From Vicugna vicugna (Eukaryota): a DNA stretch of 64,000 bases. This document shows positions 23,611 to 35,830 of this stretch, piece after piece. The notes under the pieces were generated by a model. That model searched no databases and was not told the DNA's origin. It worked only from the letters and a program-made list of their open reading frames with translations. The DNA is taken from the NCBI GenBank assembly GCA_013265495.1, contig MU057560.1:62001-126000 (forward strand), written 5' to 3'. The translations under genes were made by a program, and so were the position numbers. Each line of letters starts with the position of its first letter. Position 1 is the stretch's first letter.

Positions 23611-25444
23611 GCCCCTCGCATCTGGGGACCACTGTCGGCGCTCAGCCCAAACACCCTGGGACCATCCCTCCTTGCAGCTCGGTGCTCCTCTCCCCTGCAT
23701 ACCGTGCATTTGCCCTAAAAGCTGCAACTCTTTTGAGGTTCCCATCCTGCTCTGCCTTCTTGGAGACCCCGAGTACCTGGCTGCTCAGGGCCTCGCAGAC
23801 ACCCTTAGCCAGAGATCAACAGGTGCGGAAGCCGGCAAGCCCACCTCGAGGCAAGATGCTTCCACGTCCCCGAGGGACCCCTCCCCCGAGGCTGCACCCT
23901 CGCGTGGCTTCCTTGCCTTCCCCTTCCTGCTTCCCCTCTGCCTTGCAAGTTTCTCCTGCGAGCACTTCTTCACGAAGCCACCTGCCTACACGGCGTCTGC
24001 TGCTGGGCGCCCAGAAAGAGTGTCCCTTCTCTTGAGAACAAACCATGTCCCCAGACAGCATGGTTGTGTCCCTTTAGGAGCAGGTAAAACTAGTCTCACC
24101 TCTTAAACGTGTCAGCAGTGATTTGAGGAGAGCTCCTGTCCTTCCCAAATCTTCTAAAGCTAAGAGCCTTTAGGTTTTCTTCTTGTAGTTCTGTAATATT
24201 TCTGCCCCACCCGTTGGAGCCTCTGCTTGCTTAGACTCTCTGCTTGAGGATGGCGATTGGTTTCCTCTCTGTGTTACCTGGAGACCAGCGTCACGTCTGG
24301 TTTCTGCACCACCTGGAAGTTGCAGCAGCCCTCTCTGACCCGCAGGCTCAGCTCCGTAGACACTTGGAAACGTTGCTCAGTCATCGGAGGGGTCCCGAGT
24401 CTCACTTCCTCGTCTGTGAAATGAGGAAATTCACACTGTCCATGTTACTGACCTCACTGCTCCTCTCTTTCACTTGAATTCTTACTTTCACTTCCATTGT
24501 CAGCTCTGGTTTCTCTTATTCTGAGATTTCCCTAAATTAAAGGCTGGGGTAGGCACCCCTCTTGGTTTTCCCACCACACCTCATGGAGATCTCTGTGAGA
24601 GGGAACCATCCAGCTCTAAAATAACCCATGTGTCTCCAAACTCCATCATGAGCTCACTGAGGACACGGACACCTTATTCTTTTGGTGTCTTCTTCATCTT
24701 GCCCGGTTTCTGGTCCATGATAGATGCTCAGCACACACTTGTTGAAAGACTGTAGATGTAAAGCCTTTCTTAGAATCATAAGGACTTCTCCTTGAACATA
24801 CTTAGCATCCTGCTTTTTAAAAATAAACGAACATAAGAATCGTTTTCTGCCTGGTTTCTGTTGCTCCTCCTCGTAGAAACCTCTGGACGTCATGTTGTTC
24901 TTCCTATGACTGTAACTGCTCTGAAGGACTCTTGCATGAACTTATTAATACAAATCTGATAGCCTTATGAAAACATTTATAAATGAGAGTGCATTGGTCT
25001 AGCACAGGTCTCACAGTAATCCTTTAGTGAAAATACTGGAGGCTCATCAAAATGTTATCAGAATAGCTCGTTGAGATGCTATATTTGAAGACACACTGTA
25101 CCTTCTCATCCATCCTAAGCACTTTAGCTTTGTACAATACGTGTTTCTTAATATTCTGGATGGTGATTTACAACAAATATGGCTGTGACTCCTAGAAGGG
25201 TAGCAGGATTACAACCTTCCTCCAACCGGTCAGCTAGTCTGGGTGAGATACATTCCAGTGAGTTCCTGAAAATTGCATGGTTAGGAGAGTGTAGTGATGA
25301 GAGAACATTCCGCTTGCAGAGTCCCTAGTGAATCTCCAGGAGTTTTTATGGTTCCCTTCTATACTCTGTGGCAAGGATTCTCCCCATGCTTGTAATGGTT
25401 CCTAATGATCAAAATTGTATCTGGCGTCTGCTCCATAATTAGTA

Positions 25445-25650
25445 TAATAGTTCGTAGAAAAGTCAATGGACTTGGAAGACCAGTCTTGAGTCCCAGTTTG
25501 GCTTCTAGAATGTGCTGTGATCTCAGGAAAGCTTCTTAGCTTACCTTAGCCTCAGTTTTCCAGCCTGTAAAATAGGGGTGCAGGAAACACCTACCACAAG
25601 GGCCATTGCGAGGACTGTTAATATTTGAGAAAGAGCTTTGATGACATCAG
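25445..25650 (+). mobile_element. MIR SINE
   Basis: 'tcttgagtcccagtttggc...gctgtgatctcagg...gcctcagttttccagcctgtaaaatagggg'. Confidence 0.7.
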
Positions 25651-26959
25651 AATGTCTCAAAAGGTGCGGTCTTCTTCAGGCTTCACCTGCACTGTTCTGC
25701 TTTTACGTGAGTGTCTCTAGACTTACTTAGAAAGAAATCGCATCCTTTTCTATGGAGGGTACTTTTCAGTCCCCAGGCTCAGGGGCAGGACTCCCTCAGC
25801 CACTGTGGTGGACTCATCCGGGCTCTGCTTCCTTCAGCCTCTTCACGGGCTCATGCGCGCTGGCTCGCTCTGTGCTTCACTCCCAACAGCCAGCCCCTCC
25901 TCCTCTTGGCTACACCTGTCTTCTGGCTACCGAGAGCGGACGGTTGGTGCGCGCGGAGACCCGCCACGAAGTGTCTGGAACTCACCCCCCCGCGGGGGCC
26001 GCCTGCACGCAAAGACCAGCACATGCGGAGCAGACCAGTTCCTGGAGTCTCCTCCAGTCAGGTCCGTTTTGACTTATAACCTGCACTCTTTCCAGCATTT
26101 TCTTGTGTAGTGGAGCTAAGCTTCCCCTCCACAGTATTTTTCTTGATGTCTTCTGCTGGCTTGGTTTCCTTCTCTTCTTTTCTCCCCTTCTTTATAACGT
26201 TTATGGTTTTCCTGAGCGTTATTTCCCAACATATCACTTTCATACAAATCCTACCTGCGGAGCTGCTGCTAAGGAAGCCCTCCTGAGGCAGCTGAGAATC
26301 CGTTACCGACCATGGAAGGGACGGCTGTGGCTACTGCTAACTTACATGGGAGGTGGTGGCAAACGCATCAGGTAAGAGGAACAGAAACCACATTGAGGGC
26401 TAACCTTGCTACAGACACCTTGGTTTTGTTTCTGGTTGAATCTTCTCAAAGGTCTGGAAAGATAGATAGAATGATCAGCGTTTTGGAAATGAGAAAGCTC
26501 AGAGAAGCTAAGTCGCTTGCCCCGAGTCACACATCTTGGGAGAATCTTGGCTCCAGCATGTTTTACAGCTGAATGAACCCAAGTTGGGGTGGTAGGCAGA
26601 ACTCTGTGGTGACACCCCAAGGTCCTTGCGTGTCCCACCCAATGTGAGCTCTGCAAGGTCACAATCCATGGTCTCTTTTATCCATTAAAACCCAAACACC
26701 TAAGACCAGACCTGAACCATAGTGTGTGCTCAATAAACATTTACGGAATGAAGCTTCAGGAATCATTAGTTTAAGAGGCGTGAAGGACACTGGTGACAGA
26801 AGACGTAAAGAATATATCTCTGTTGACACAATTCCAGAAAGTCCATCCTTTAGTTTTTCTCATGGTCTTCAGGCCAAATGTATTTGCTTTCTACTGCTGC
26901 GTGACAAAGGACAACAAAGAGCTGTTAAAACAAGCGCAGAATCCCAGAGATTCTGCTGG

Positions 26960-27120
26960 TCGGGAGCCTGGCTGTGGCTACCCGGGGTCTCTACTTCAGA
27001 GTCTGCAAGTCTAGGGTGAGGGGCTGAGGTCCTAGGGGCAGCTCACAGCTCCCTGCCACGGGGCCCACTTCATAGGCCGTTAGCAACACGGCGCTGACTT
27101 CTTCAAGGTCCGCAGGACAC
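26960..27120 (-). mobile_element. MLT1-like LTR fragment
   Basis: 'cacagctccctgccacggggccc...caacacggcgctgacttcttcaagg' resembles MLT1D/E (recalled). Confidence 0.45.
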
Positions 27121-29814
27121 ACCCAGGTCCTTGGCAAGTACGCGGCTCTTAGCATCTCTGCGTGGGGAGAACAGACACGCTCAGCTTCCAGGACACGCTA
27201 CCAGGCCATCTGCTGTTCCGATTCCAGGTAGAAGGGGCGTTAGCAGCAAAGCTGTTGAAGTTGGGAAAAATAGGACATTGTCGGAAATAAAGTTTAAAGG
27301 GTAGAGAGAGCTTTCTGAATTTTGAATACGAAGACAGAGAAAGCATTTGAACTTCTGTAACTCAAAATTTCTAAAGGTGTATTCATTGCAACACTAGCTC
27401 AAGGAAATATTGATACAACAGTGTGAGCAAGATTGCAGAGTTTGTTGACAAACACTGGGTTTAAGTCTGATGTTCGATTTACTGCATGCTTTTTTTTTTA
27501 AACGTCTTTCTGGAGTTTTTAAAATGCATTGTGATCACTACAATGTGGGGTATGTTTTGCAACCTTCCCAAACATATTTGTTTACTGACTTCCTTTTTCA
27601 AACAGTATAGACCCTAACTAGCAACAAAGAACCGGTCTTGTTTATTGGAAAGACTTAGAAACTTCGAGCTGGAGCATGATTTCTTAGGCTAAGATGTGCT
27701 TTCCTGGATGTGTTGCCATTGGCCGTCCCTCTGTTCTTTCAGCCCAGAGAACGAGCTTGCTCTCTTTTCTATGGGACAGCCCTTTAGACCCATGAAGACC
27801 CCTCTCGTTTCTTGCCTCAGCCATTTTCTGTCCATGCTAAATGCCTCCAGATCTATAAGCTGCCTTTCCTGTGTTGATCTGTTTGCATTCCTCTTACCAT
27901 CTGGTGGTCAGAAGTGAATTAGAATTCTAGGTGCATTTTGGCCCGGACCAGGGAAGATGGGTCTGTTTCCGTATGCAGAATGTGAGGTGGACAGACGGAT
28001 GAGATGGGTTTCCCTTTCCTTCAGTTTTAATTACATAACTTAATTATAGAAAACCTAGCTGTTTTCCAATCATTGTCAGCCAGGAAATCAGGACTTTTTT
28101 TTTCTTACAACCGAAAAAAAAAACGACAAAAAAAAAACTGATTTATTTTCCCTGAGAGCTCAAAGGTCTGGAACATTTTAGGCACGAGGACATTTCAAAG
28201 GAGTGGGAATAGGGACAGGGAGAGGAAGGCAAATGAATTTTGCGCTTTACACCAAAGCCAAGCTTCTTCTGGTTTTACTAATGGGAGGTGATGAGAGAAC
28301 ATTTTAATGTCAGAAAGTTTTGAAAACCATTATGCTTCTCGGCAGCCCTTAAAGCTTTCTCCTGCTTCCTGGCTAGTGCCCTGGTAAGGCAGGTGTGTGT
28401 GCGCTCTGTCTCTTTCTGTCTCTCTCCTTTTCTTACACACACACACACACTCTGAATGCAACAGTAAAAATTTGACTCTGCTATTGTTTGTCACGCCGAC
28501 CGCAGCTCCTGTATTGCTCTCAGGTGGCGCTGAGCACACGATGCATCTTAGCAGTACTTAGAGATGCCGACATAAAATACAAAGATGAGCCAATTACACT
28601 TTCTGCAACTGCATTTCATTCTGCTAATGCTTACAAATTAAGGGCGTCTGTCGCCGCCTGCATGACACTGTGCAGAGAGCGTCTCCAGTCTCATGAATCT
28701 TAGAGCGTGCTCTGCAGAAATGCAGAAGCCAATCCAAAGGTAAGGAGTTGACATGAAGTTCATAATCCCTGTCTAGTCAGTATGAAAATCTGTCTGTGTG
28801 AGGAATGCAGAACCTCGTCACCCGTGGAGTCCTGCGTCATCAGGAGAGTGACTTGACCAGATCAGGGGCAGAGCTTCACCGACGTGAAGTACTGAGGTGG
28901 GATTGTCTCTCTGGGTTGAGAGACGTGCATGTGGCCAGCTCCTTTCAGTCGGCACTGTTTTGATCATTGTCCTTTGCTTTTAAAAACTTTCAGAACTTAA
29001 TTACCTTCTCGATTGCACCGTGAGCTCTGTAGTGGCAGGCAGCCTCCCGAGAGCCGGGCGCCCCAATTCTGAAGATGAGAAATGAAAAGGACGTTGTAGA
29101 TGGTCAGGCTGCCCTTCTCGGCGCGCTCAGGACCCCGGCCGCTCGGCTCACACACCCAGCTTGGGGTCCTCATCAACTTGCAACTGTCACTGGCTCCTGG
29201 TTCTCTCCTCCATCGGCCACCTGCATCTGGAAACTCTCAAATTCCCTTCAAATATCTGAAAATGACTCCTCAGTCCCATCCCTTATGTCCTTTCTTCTTT
29301 GGGCTAAATGTCAACAGAGCCTTCGTTTATTCTTCAGACACAGCTCAGTTCGTGGGACTTTCTTCTGCACGTACCAGCCGGTCCAACGCTCTCCTGTATC
29401 CAGCAAAGGAGGACCACGTGCGTCCCCCTCACGCCGAGGGCCCGGCCCTCTGGCTGTCGTGCAGCAGGACATTAAGCAGAGGCTGACGCAGAAGGCGTGC
29501 TGGTCAGATGCGGGCGCGACGCCTCTGGGAGAGGAAGCTTAAATATGCGGGAGCTCATGAGGGCATCCGGACAGATCCAGGCAGACTTGGAAGACACACT
29601 GAAAGTGACTCTATGGCAAAAGAAAATGTAAATATATAAATTTGGATTCAGAAACGCAGCTGTATAAGTGCAAGGTGGAGTGAAATGGCTCAAGCAGATG
29701 TTCCTTTAAAAATAACCAGAAGGGATGGTTAGAGTTAACTACACAGTCCACATGAGCCAATGGGATTGTGGGTCGGAGGGTTAATGTCCTTTCAAGATTG
29801 TGAACAGTAATTTT

Positions 29815-31070
29815 GCATAAAGCTGCTATAAAAATTCATGTGTAGGTTTTTATGTGAACGTAAGTTTTCAACTCATTTGCGTAAATACCAAGGAGGCACT
29901 GCTGATGAATTATGCGGTAAGAGATTATCTAGTTTTGTTAAAAAAAAAAACAAAAACTGCCAAATTATCTTCAGAAATGGCTGCACCATTCTGCATTCCC
30001 GCCAGAAGTGGACGGGAGCTCCTGCTGCCCCAGGTCCTCGCCAGCTTTGGAGGTGTCAGCGACTCAGTCTTCGGCCACTCTAAGAGGAGCGCGGTGGCAT
30101 CTCGTCGCTTCCATTTGAATTTCCCTGATGTTGTCAGACGCGGAGCTGCTCTCCACGTGCTTCTTTGCCGTCTGTGCAGCTGCTTTGGGGAGGTGTCTGT
30201 TCGCGTCTTCTGCCCGTTTTCTAACTGAGATGTTCATTTCGTCTTAAAGAAGGCTTTGGATATTTCGGACGAGACTTTTTCATGTGTCTTTTTTCAAATA
30301 CTGTACCCCAGTCTGTGGCTCGTCTTCTCATTCTCCTGACGTTGTCTTTGGCAGCGCAGAATTTTTACATTTTAGTCAAGTCCCGCTTGTCAATGATTCC
30401 TTCCATGGACTGTGACTTTGGTGTGGGGGCGAAGAAGCCATCGCTCTGCCCGAGGCCGTCCGTGTTTACTCCCATGTCGTCCCCTAGGAATTTCACAGTT
30501 TGTGGTATATACGCAGGTTCATTCTGAGTTACCTTCTGCGGTGAGTGTAAGGTCTGTGTCTCGGTTCATTTTTTTACATGCGGATGTCCAGTTGTCCTAA
30601 TAGCATTTGTTGAAAAGGCCAACTTGGCTCCATTGAATCACCTTTGCTCCTTTGTCAAGGATCAGCTGCCCGTGTGTACGTGGGCCGACTTCTGGGCCCT
30701 ACGGGTCAGTTTGCCCACTCCTTCCTCTGGCCACACCGTTGTGATTATCGCAGCTTTAGAGGAAGTCTTGAAGCTGGGTAGCGTCAGTCCTCCGACCGTC
30801 CTTCTCCTTCAATATTGTGTGGGCTATTCTGAGTCTTCTGAATCTCCATATAAAGACTCTAAAATCATTTTGTTGAGAGCCATAAAATCAGTAGCTACTA
30901 TTTTTAATGGGACTGCATTAAATCTATAGATCCATTTGAGAAGAGGCGACATCTTTAGAATATTTATTCTCTCGATCCATCTATCTTTCCTGGTTCCTGA
31001 CCTTAATGGGACGGCTTGGCGTTTCTCACCATTGAGTATGATGTTAGCTGCAGGTTTTTGTAGCTGTTAG
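29815..31070 (-). mobile_element. Old L1 (L1MC-like) ORF2 3' region
   Basis: 'aagctgctataaaaattcatgtgtaggtttttatgtgaacgtaagttttcaactcatttg...aactgccaaa...tgcattccc...tagcatttgttgaaaag...ttctcaccattgagtatgatgttagctgcaggtttttgtag'. Confidence 0.88.
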
Positions 31071-31499
31071 AATTAAGTCGTCACCTCTTCTGTGGCTCCC
31101 TCTTATCAATCTTCTCCCTTCCCAGAAATGCATGTCAGTGTTTCTTCCCTCCCAGACCTTTCCCGAGAGCACAAGCAGCTAGAGCTCTGCCGGTCTTCCT
31201 GCACCAGGACGACGACACTCCAACCTTCACCACGTGGAATCGTCCATAGTGAGGTCTGGCTGGCCTGCCTGTCGCTGGACTGACGAGTCCGGGACCTGTT
31301 CTGAGCCCCACTGTGAAGAATGAGGCTGCATCCCGTTAAGCCCGCTCACAGCGCACTCACCCACGATGTGGATTTTTACAGATGGAAATCCACTGTGGAT
31401 GAAAGGAGCCTCTCTGCTTCCCAGAATATTTAGTTCATCCGGTCACCCCGTTTCCAGTCTACGGGGGGTGAACGAAAGGTTATCTTGTAGTTGAATCAA

Positions 31500-33300
31500 G
31501 TGCTTTATTTATGTAGCCATCTGTTCCAGGAAGCGTGCCCGTGAACCTGTGCAGCTTTGGCACCTCTGCTGGCTTTATTCGGCTCTGGCTATTTGCTTTC
31601 CAAGTACCAAGAGCAGAAGCCTGGGTTGCAGGAAAAAATAGAAAAGAATGGTGAGACGTGTTGTTGCCTCCCTCTGTAATTGTTTGTTGGGATGTGTGTG
31701 TGTGTGTGAGTTTATCAAGGAAAGGGAAATGGTGTCAAGTATTCATGGGCATCTAAGGAGTTACAGCACAGAGAGAACGTGGAACTACGTCGTTAGCTCT
31801 GTCTTAGCTGAGGCTCAGCTGAAGCGGCGAGTGACCGCCCACATGGATCCCCCAGCTCCGCCCGCTTCAACATGTGGGGGCTCCGGGGGTCAGCGGCCCG
31901 GAGCCCGGGTGGCACTGCCCAGACCTCGCTTCCTGAGCTCTCTCCCCTGGACTTTCTTACTTAAAAGAAAAAAATTCAGTGGAGGGAGTCAGCTTCTCTG
32001 AATGCGTTCTTGCTACGTTTTGCTTCCATTTTTTCCGTTTTGATGCTTCCAAGAGGGGGTCGCTTAGGTGTTGCCCAGGTTTACAAAGTCATTGTCTGCG
32101 TGCCTCTCATTTCCAAACAGTGACATGACGCCGCTCTCGTCTGTGTCTCTGTCTGTCCCTCCTCCCCCTCCTCCCCTCCCCTCCGCCTCTCACACTCACA
32201 CGTGCAGGCTTGTGCCCCAGTGCACAGTAGTCTCTCTTAATCAAGTGGGTGCTTTCTCCTGATATGACTCATGAATGCAGCATGCTTTGAGTTTCAGCCA
32301 TTCCCAAACTCACTCAGCTCTTGGGGGCTCTGTGGCCCTAGAATTGGTTTGGTTAATAGCCCAGCAATTTTCTTGAATAGCTCTGTGAAAAACACTCATA
32401 AAGGTCAAAAAAAATTTCTTTTCCCTATTAACACTTCAAAAAACCCAGTTAATTGACTCAAAGTGCCTTGGGGAGGAGAATCTTTTCCCAATTATAACAA
32501 GCTCTGTTTTGAATAGAAATTTAAATGCTTTTTTTTTTAATGTAGAAGCTTGAAGGTGGAGTAGGTCTCCTAGATTCTATGTTCCTCTCGCAAGGCTGAA
32601 GATACAAACACATCCAATGAGGTTCATAGGCACAGCCCAGAGCGGGGAGCGCCCGGGCGCCAGGGCTGGGGAGACTAACCAGGTCAGACGCTTGTGAGGA
32701 TGAGGGCGAGGGGAAGGTGAGAAAGATGGAGATAAGGAGTAAGGCAGGCGGAGAGGGGAGGGAGGGAGGCAGAGGCCAGCCCACCATCTGTTCTCCAATC
32801 CTCTATCAGCATCTCTGCACACTATACCCAGCTTAAGTGTAAACCAGCAACTGTGACATAGGGATTGAAGACCCTTTAACTGGGTCCAGTGAGCAGGAAA
32901 GAAGGGTCTCTTGCATCACACCCTAAAGCCTTCTGTCAGCGGGAGTGACCAGCAAACTCATCTGTGGCTTTATCTGCTTTTTCGCACACAATAAAGAGTA
33001 TCCTACTTGAGACAGCAAAACACACTGATGAATCCTACCTAATAAGGCCAGCTACTTCAGGGAAAAAAATTTAAAAAAGCTCAGCATTTAGCACGTACTC
33101 TTTCAGCAGGAGATTTTGCTTTCTCGTCTCATTTTTATGTTGAAAAGCAGGGAAGAGCCACACTGCACACGCCCCACCCCCATCCCTTTAATTCAGGGCC
33201 CTGTGTCTAGGGGTTGGTGGGGGATGGACTTGCCGGTGAGGTAATCGCAGCCTGTCGGGGTGGGGGAGCTGGGAGGCTGGCTGTTAACCCCACGAGTGCC
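31500..33300. promoter_or_regulatory. Repeat-poor promoter/enhancer-like block
   Basis: GC/CpG patches at 31820-31930 and 32640-32670, pyrimidine tract 32140-32190, CACGTG 32199, AP-1 TGACTCA at 32265 and 32454, CCAAT 32614, purine tract 32700-32775. No recognisable interspersed repeat. Confidence 0.4.
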
Positions 33301-33399
33301 GGAGGACGGGATGCAAACCAGAGGCATGGGTCCTTGTCAGCTTCCTTAGATCAGCTAAAGGATGGAGGGGACTGTGGGAGAACTGACACGTTCCTTCCA

Positions 33400-34015
33400 G
33401 AATGATTTTTACATGTGAAATTAATGACATTTCTGTTTCTAAAACCAATATTTGATTATTATGTAAGATTCAAGGAAAAAAAAACAGGAAAAACATGAGA
33501 CAAAAAAACCCATAATTCCACCAGCCATTGGCAACTGTTAATTATGGTGGTTAATGTAATTATCATTAATTATATCTAATAATATAGATAATTTCCTGAG
33601 CCCTGTGTTAGGTACTCCATGGAGCTAACTTACACTTCCTACAACTGCCCTAGAATACTTTATTATTTTCTTCATTTGAACAATGGGGAAAACTTCCGTG
33701 TAATCCTTTCAAGCTTCCTTTTTCTGTGGGCGCTTAAGTGTATGTAGGTTATGTTTATGCGATCTGATAGCCTTATTTTCCCACATGACATTGTGAAAAA
33801 CTTCATGTTTCTATAAACCACATTTTAAAATTACATAACTGTGGAGGTATCACTGTATTTTTAGCCATTTCTCTATTTTTAGATAATTACGTATTTGCAA
33901 AGGTTTTCTCTCACAAATAAAACAGCATTATGGATATCACTCAGGCAAAAAGTGCAGAAGTTGCCCAGCCACTGAGCACTTCTAGGGCTCTTGATACACA
34001 TGCCGATTAGCTGTG
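33400..34015 (-). mobile_element. Very old L1ME-like 3' end fragments, with a possible MIR piece at about 33580-33690
   Basis: 'aaaaaacccataattccaccagcc', 'tagccatttctctatttttagataatt', 'tagggctcttgatacacatgccgatt'. Confidence 0.5.
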
Positions 34016-34640
34016 GAGAAAGACTATGACAGGTCACCTCTGCTGGTGTCCAGTGGGGCCAAGACCCAGGAGCAGCCTTGCCAGCGCCGAACAAAGGCCT
34101 TTTGCTCAGAGGATGCTTGCATGTCTAAGCTGATTTATTTTCTCCAGTCTGCCCAGGGTGCGGGAAGCACCCGCAGCCAGCCAAAAGCATTGTGGCTGCA
34201 TGGGTTATTGCTCTTAAGCAAGTTCTCTGCAAGTTGGTAAGTTCTTTCTGTAGTTATACATATTTTTAAGTGTTGTGTTTTTAAAAAATATCTGTGCCCT
34301 TGAAGGTGAAGAGTATTGTGTTTTCTATTCCCCAAAAAGGAAACAGAGGTATGCGGAATGCTTATGTGATTGCTCACTGTCTCACCCTGATGTAGGCATG
34401 AGTGTTGAGCAGTTTGCAGCTTACCCACACGCCTCAGCTTGCACACATTCCTCTGTGTGGCCGTTGTCTTATTTTCTGATGGGAAGAAATCTCATCAGTG
34501 GCCCATCTGTGACAAGGAGAGTAACAATAGTTTACATCTCTCTTCCTTGTTGAACGTTCCAAGTAGAAATGTTGACATTCTGGCAGGCCTGTGGTGATCT
34601 AGACACCATTGAAGATATGCTTGTATGTGCTGGTGAAGAT

Positions 34641-35092
34641 TCTTGGGAAGCCATGGTAGGTCTGGGGAAGCCATGGTGGATCTGGGGAAGCCATGGTGGA
34701 TCCGGGGAAGCCATGGTGGATCTGAGGAAACCATGGTGGATCTGGGGAAGCCTTGGTGGATCTGGGGAAGCCACGGTGGATCTGAGGAAGCCATGGTGGA
34801 TCTGGGGAAGCCATGGTGGATCTCAGGAAACCATGATGGATCTGGGGAAGCCTTGGTGGATCCGGGGAAGCCTTGGTGGATCTGGGGAAGCCATGGTGGA
34901 TCTGAGGAAGCCATGGTGGATCTGGGGAAGCCATTGTGGATCTGGGGAAGCCATGGGTGGATCTGAGGAAACCATGGTGGATCTGGGGAAGCCTTGGTGG
35001 ATCTGGGGAAGCCATGGTGGATCTGGGGAAGCCATTGTGGATCTGAGGAAACCACAGTGGATCTGGGGAAGCCATGGTGGATCTGGGGAAGC
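34641..35092. repeat. Minisatellite, 20-bp unit TCTGGGGAAGCCATGGTGGA, about 22.5 copies
   Basis: 22 full units in register (one is 21 bp, at 34941) plus a partial unit ending near 35092. Confidence 0.98.
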
Positions 35093-35679
35093 TAGGAAGG
35101 TTGGAAAGCTATCATGCATTTCCATTTCTGTAGAGTAAGTCTTCAAAACTGAGCTAATTTTTTTTTTGTATATACATCCTCAGAAGGCAATTGAAGGAAA
35201 AGAAAGGGAAAATATTTGTTAGTAAAAGTATCTTATTGCCATTGCTTTGTCTTGTTTTGGTTTCTTTTGCTCACAGAATAGCTGGATACTTTCTCTCTTT
35301 CCTGGGACCTGTTTGGGTTGTCCTGGACTGTTCTTCAGCACCAACTCTGAATAATCTATTTTTATTAGAATTAATTTTTTTAACCTGTTTTGAATGTTCT
35401 GGATTATTCTCTTACCTCCATTCTGATTATTTCATGTCTCTTGTGATAAGTTTAGTGGTAACAGCACTTGTTTGGGAATCTGTTTAAGTCTCTACTTAAG
35501 CAGTTCATTTTTCTTTTTGGGCTTTGATTTTCCAAACTTGGTCAGTCATGTGAGTTGACTTTAAAAATACAGTTACAAGACCCATTTCCAGAAAAATCTT
35601 ATTAGTGAGTCTGGAGAGGATGCTTCAGTACGTGAATCAGTCAGATGAATATCAAATTTAGGGAAGAGTAGACCAATGA

Positions 35680-35830
35680 GACTGCTGCATAAGATGTGGT
35701 GTGGGCTTCACCCAGGTATTAGAAATGCAGAATCTCAGGCCCCACCCCAGACCTACTGAACTGAATATGCACTTTAACAAGGTCCCAGGTGACTCACAGT
35801 ACATGCAATTTTCAGTCATGGGTCTAGATA
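35680..35830. mobile_element. MER5A-like hAT MITE
   Basis: 'ttagaaatgcagaatctcaggccccaccccagacctactgaactgaatatgcactttaacaaggtcccaggtgac'. Confidence 0.85.

Noticed and set aside
23849..23860. AGGCAAGATGCT, matching the 5' part of miR-31
   Set aside because: The 3' half differs and there is no precursor hairpin.
34495..35146. Long ORFs of 107-189 aa on both strands, and CRISPR-like periodicity
   Set aside because: They are products of the 20-bp minisatellite. Units are contiguous with no unique spacers, there are no cas genes, and the DNA is mammalian.
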